Origin: Octopus vulgaris
Taxonomy: Eukaryota
Direction of reading: 5' to 3'
NCBI GenBank assembly: GCA_951406725.2
Contig: OX597816.1
Coordinates: 159,154,001-159,218,000, forward strand
Length of the DNA stretch: 64,000 nucleotides
In this document: piece by piece, positions 63,409 to 64,000 of the stretch
How positions within the stretch are numbered: the first letter of the stretch is position 1
Layout of the letters: each line of letters starts with the position of its first letter
The notes under the pieces: generated by a model
What the model was told of the DNA's origin: nothing
Database searches by the model: none
Seen by the model: the letters and a program-made list of their open reading frames with translations, nothing else
Program-made: the position numbers and the translations under genes

Positions 63409-64000
63409 GCATTCACTTATATTGATTATTGTACTTGACTGGCACATCTGTCCTTGTTTATCAAGAGTGCTTGGTTCCAGAAACAACAACAAAACAAAAG
63501 ACTGTTAAATCATCATCATCATCGCTTAATGTCTGCCTGCATGAGTGGAACGGTTTGATAGGAGCCATCCAGGCAAAAGCCTGCACCAGACTTCTGTGAC
63601 TGTTTTGGCAGGACTTTTACAGCTGGATGCCCTTCGTAACACCAACCACTCAGCAAAGTGAACTTAGTGCTTTTTACATGGCACAAGCACAGGCAAGGTC
63701 AGTTTTGGCAAGGTTTTTGCAGCTGGATACCCTTCCAAATGCCAACCACTTTACAGTGTAGACTGAGTGCTTTTAAGTGACACCTGTACTGACAGGGTCA
63801 CCAAGTACTTGCAAGACAAAAACAATTACTTCTGAGAGGGGAGGGGGCATTGGAGGAAGTGATGGAGGAAATAGGTTTTGTTCCAAGGCTCCAAGTTGTC
63901 CCCATAACTTATCCAAATAACCCCTCAAAACAATATTAAGCACACATAATTATATGGTCTCACGTTTGGAAATTTACTTAGAGTAAAATTTAATAACAGG

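Overview
AT-rich, microsatellite- and transposon-dense eukaryotic DNA. The SINE families and repeat landscape look like an octopod cephalopod genome (inference from recognised repeat types, not a database result). One host gene is firmly supported: a 5-exon RSL24D1/RLP24 ribosome-biogenesis gene on the + strand (CDS join 29340-29420, 31382-31568, 34694-34757, 34945-35030, 35801-35874; 163 aa). A candidate signal-peptide first exon (52268-52328) and an orphan promoter-like motif cluster (~55.9-56.1 kb) may belong to other genes. The rest is mostly mobile DNA: a 5'-truncated RTE LINE with a ~75-bp flanking duplication, nested Tc1/mariner elements, a hAT remnant, Helitron/Helentron-like and piggyBac/hAT/pogo-like MITEs, R4/Dong-like 3' ends, a Penelope-like GIY-YIG remnant, a Gypsy integrase scrap and at least three tRNA-derived SINE families. 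The most interesting observation is a 1.63-kb TSD-flanked retroelement encoding only a gag/ORF1-like zinc-knuckle protein (18781-20406). Its 3' terminal stem-loop/AATAAA motif is shared with the dominant SINE family and with L1/Tx1-like LINE 3' remnants, suggesting a three-member LINE / ORF1-only element / SINE mobilisation system. Most ORFs in the supplied track are microsatellite artefacts.
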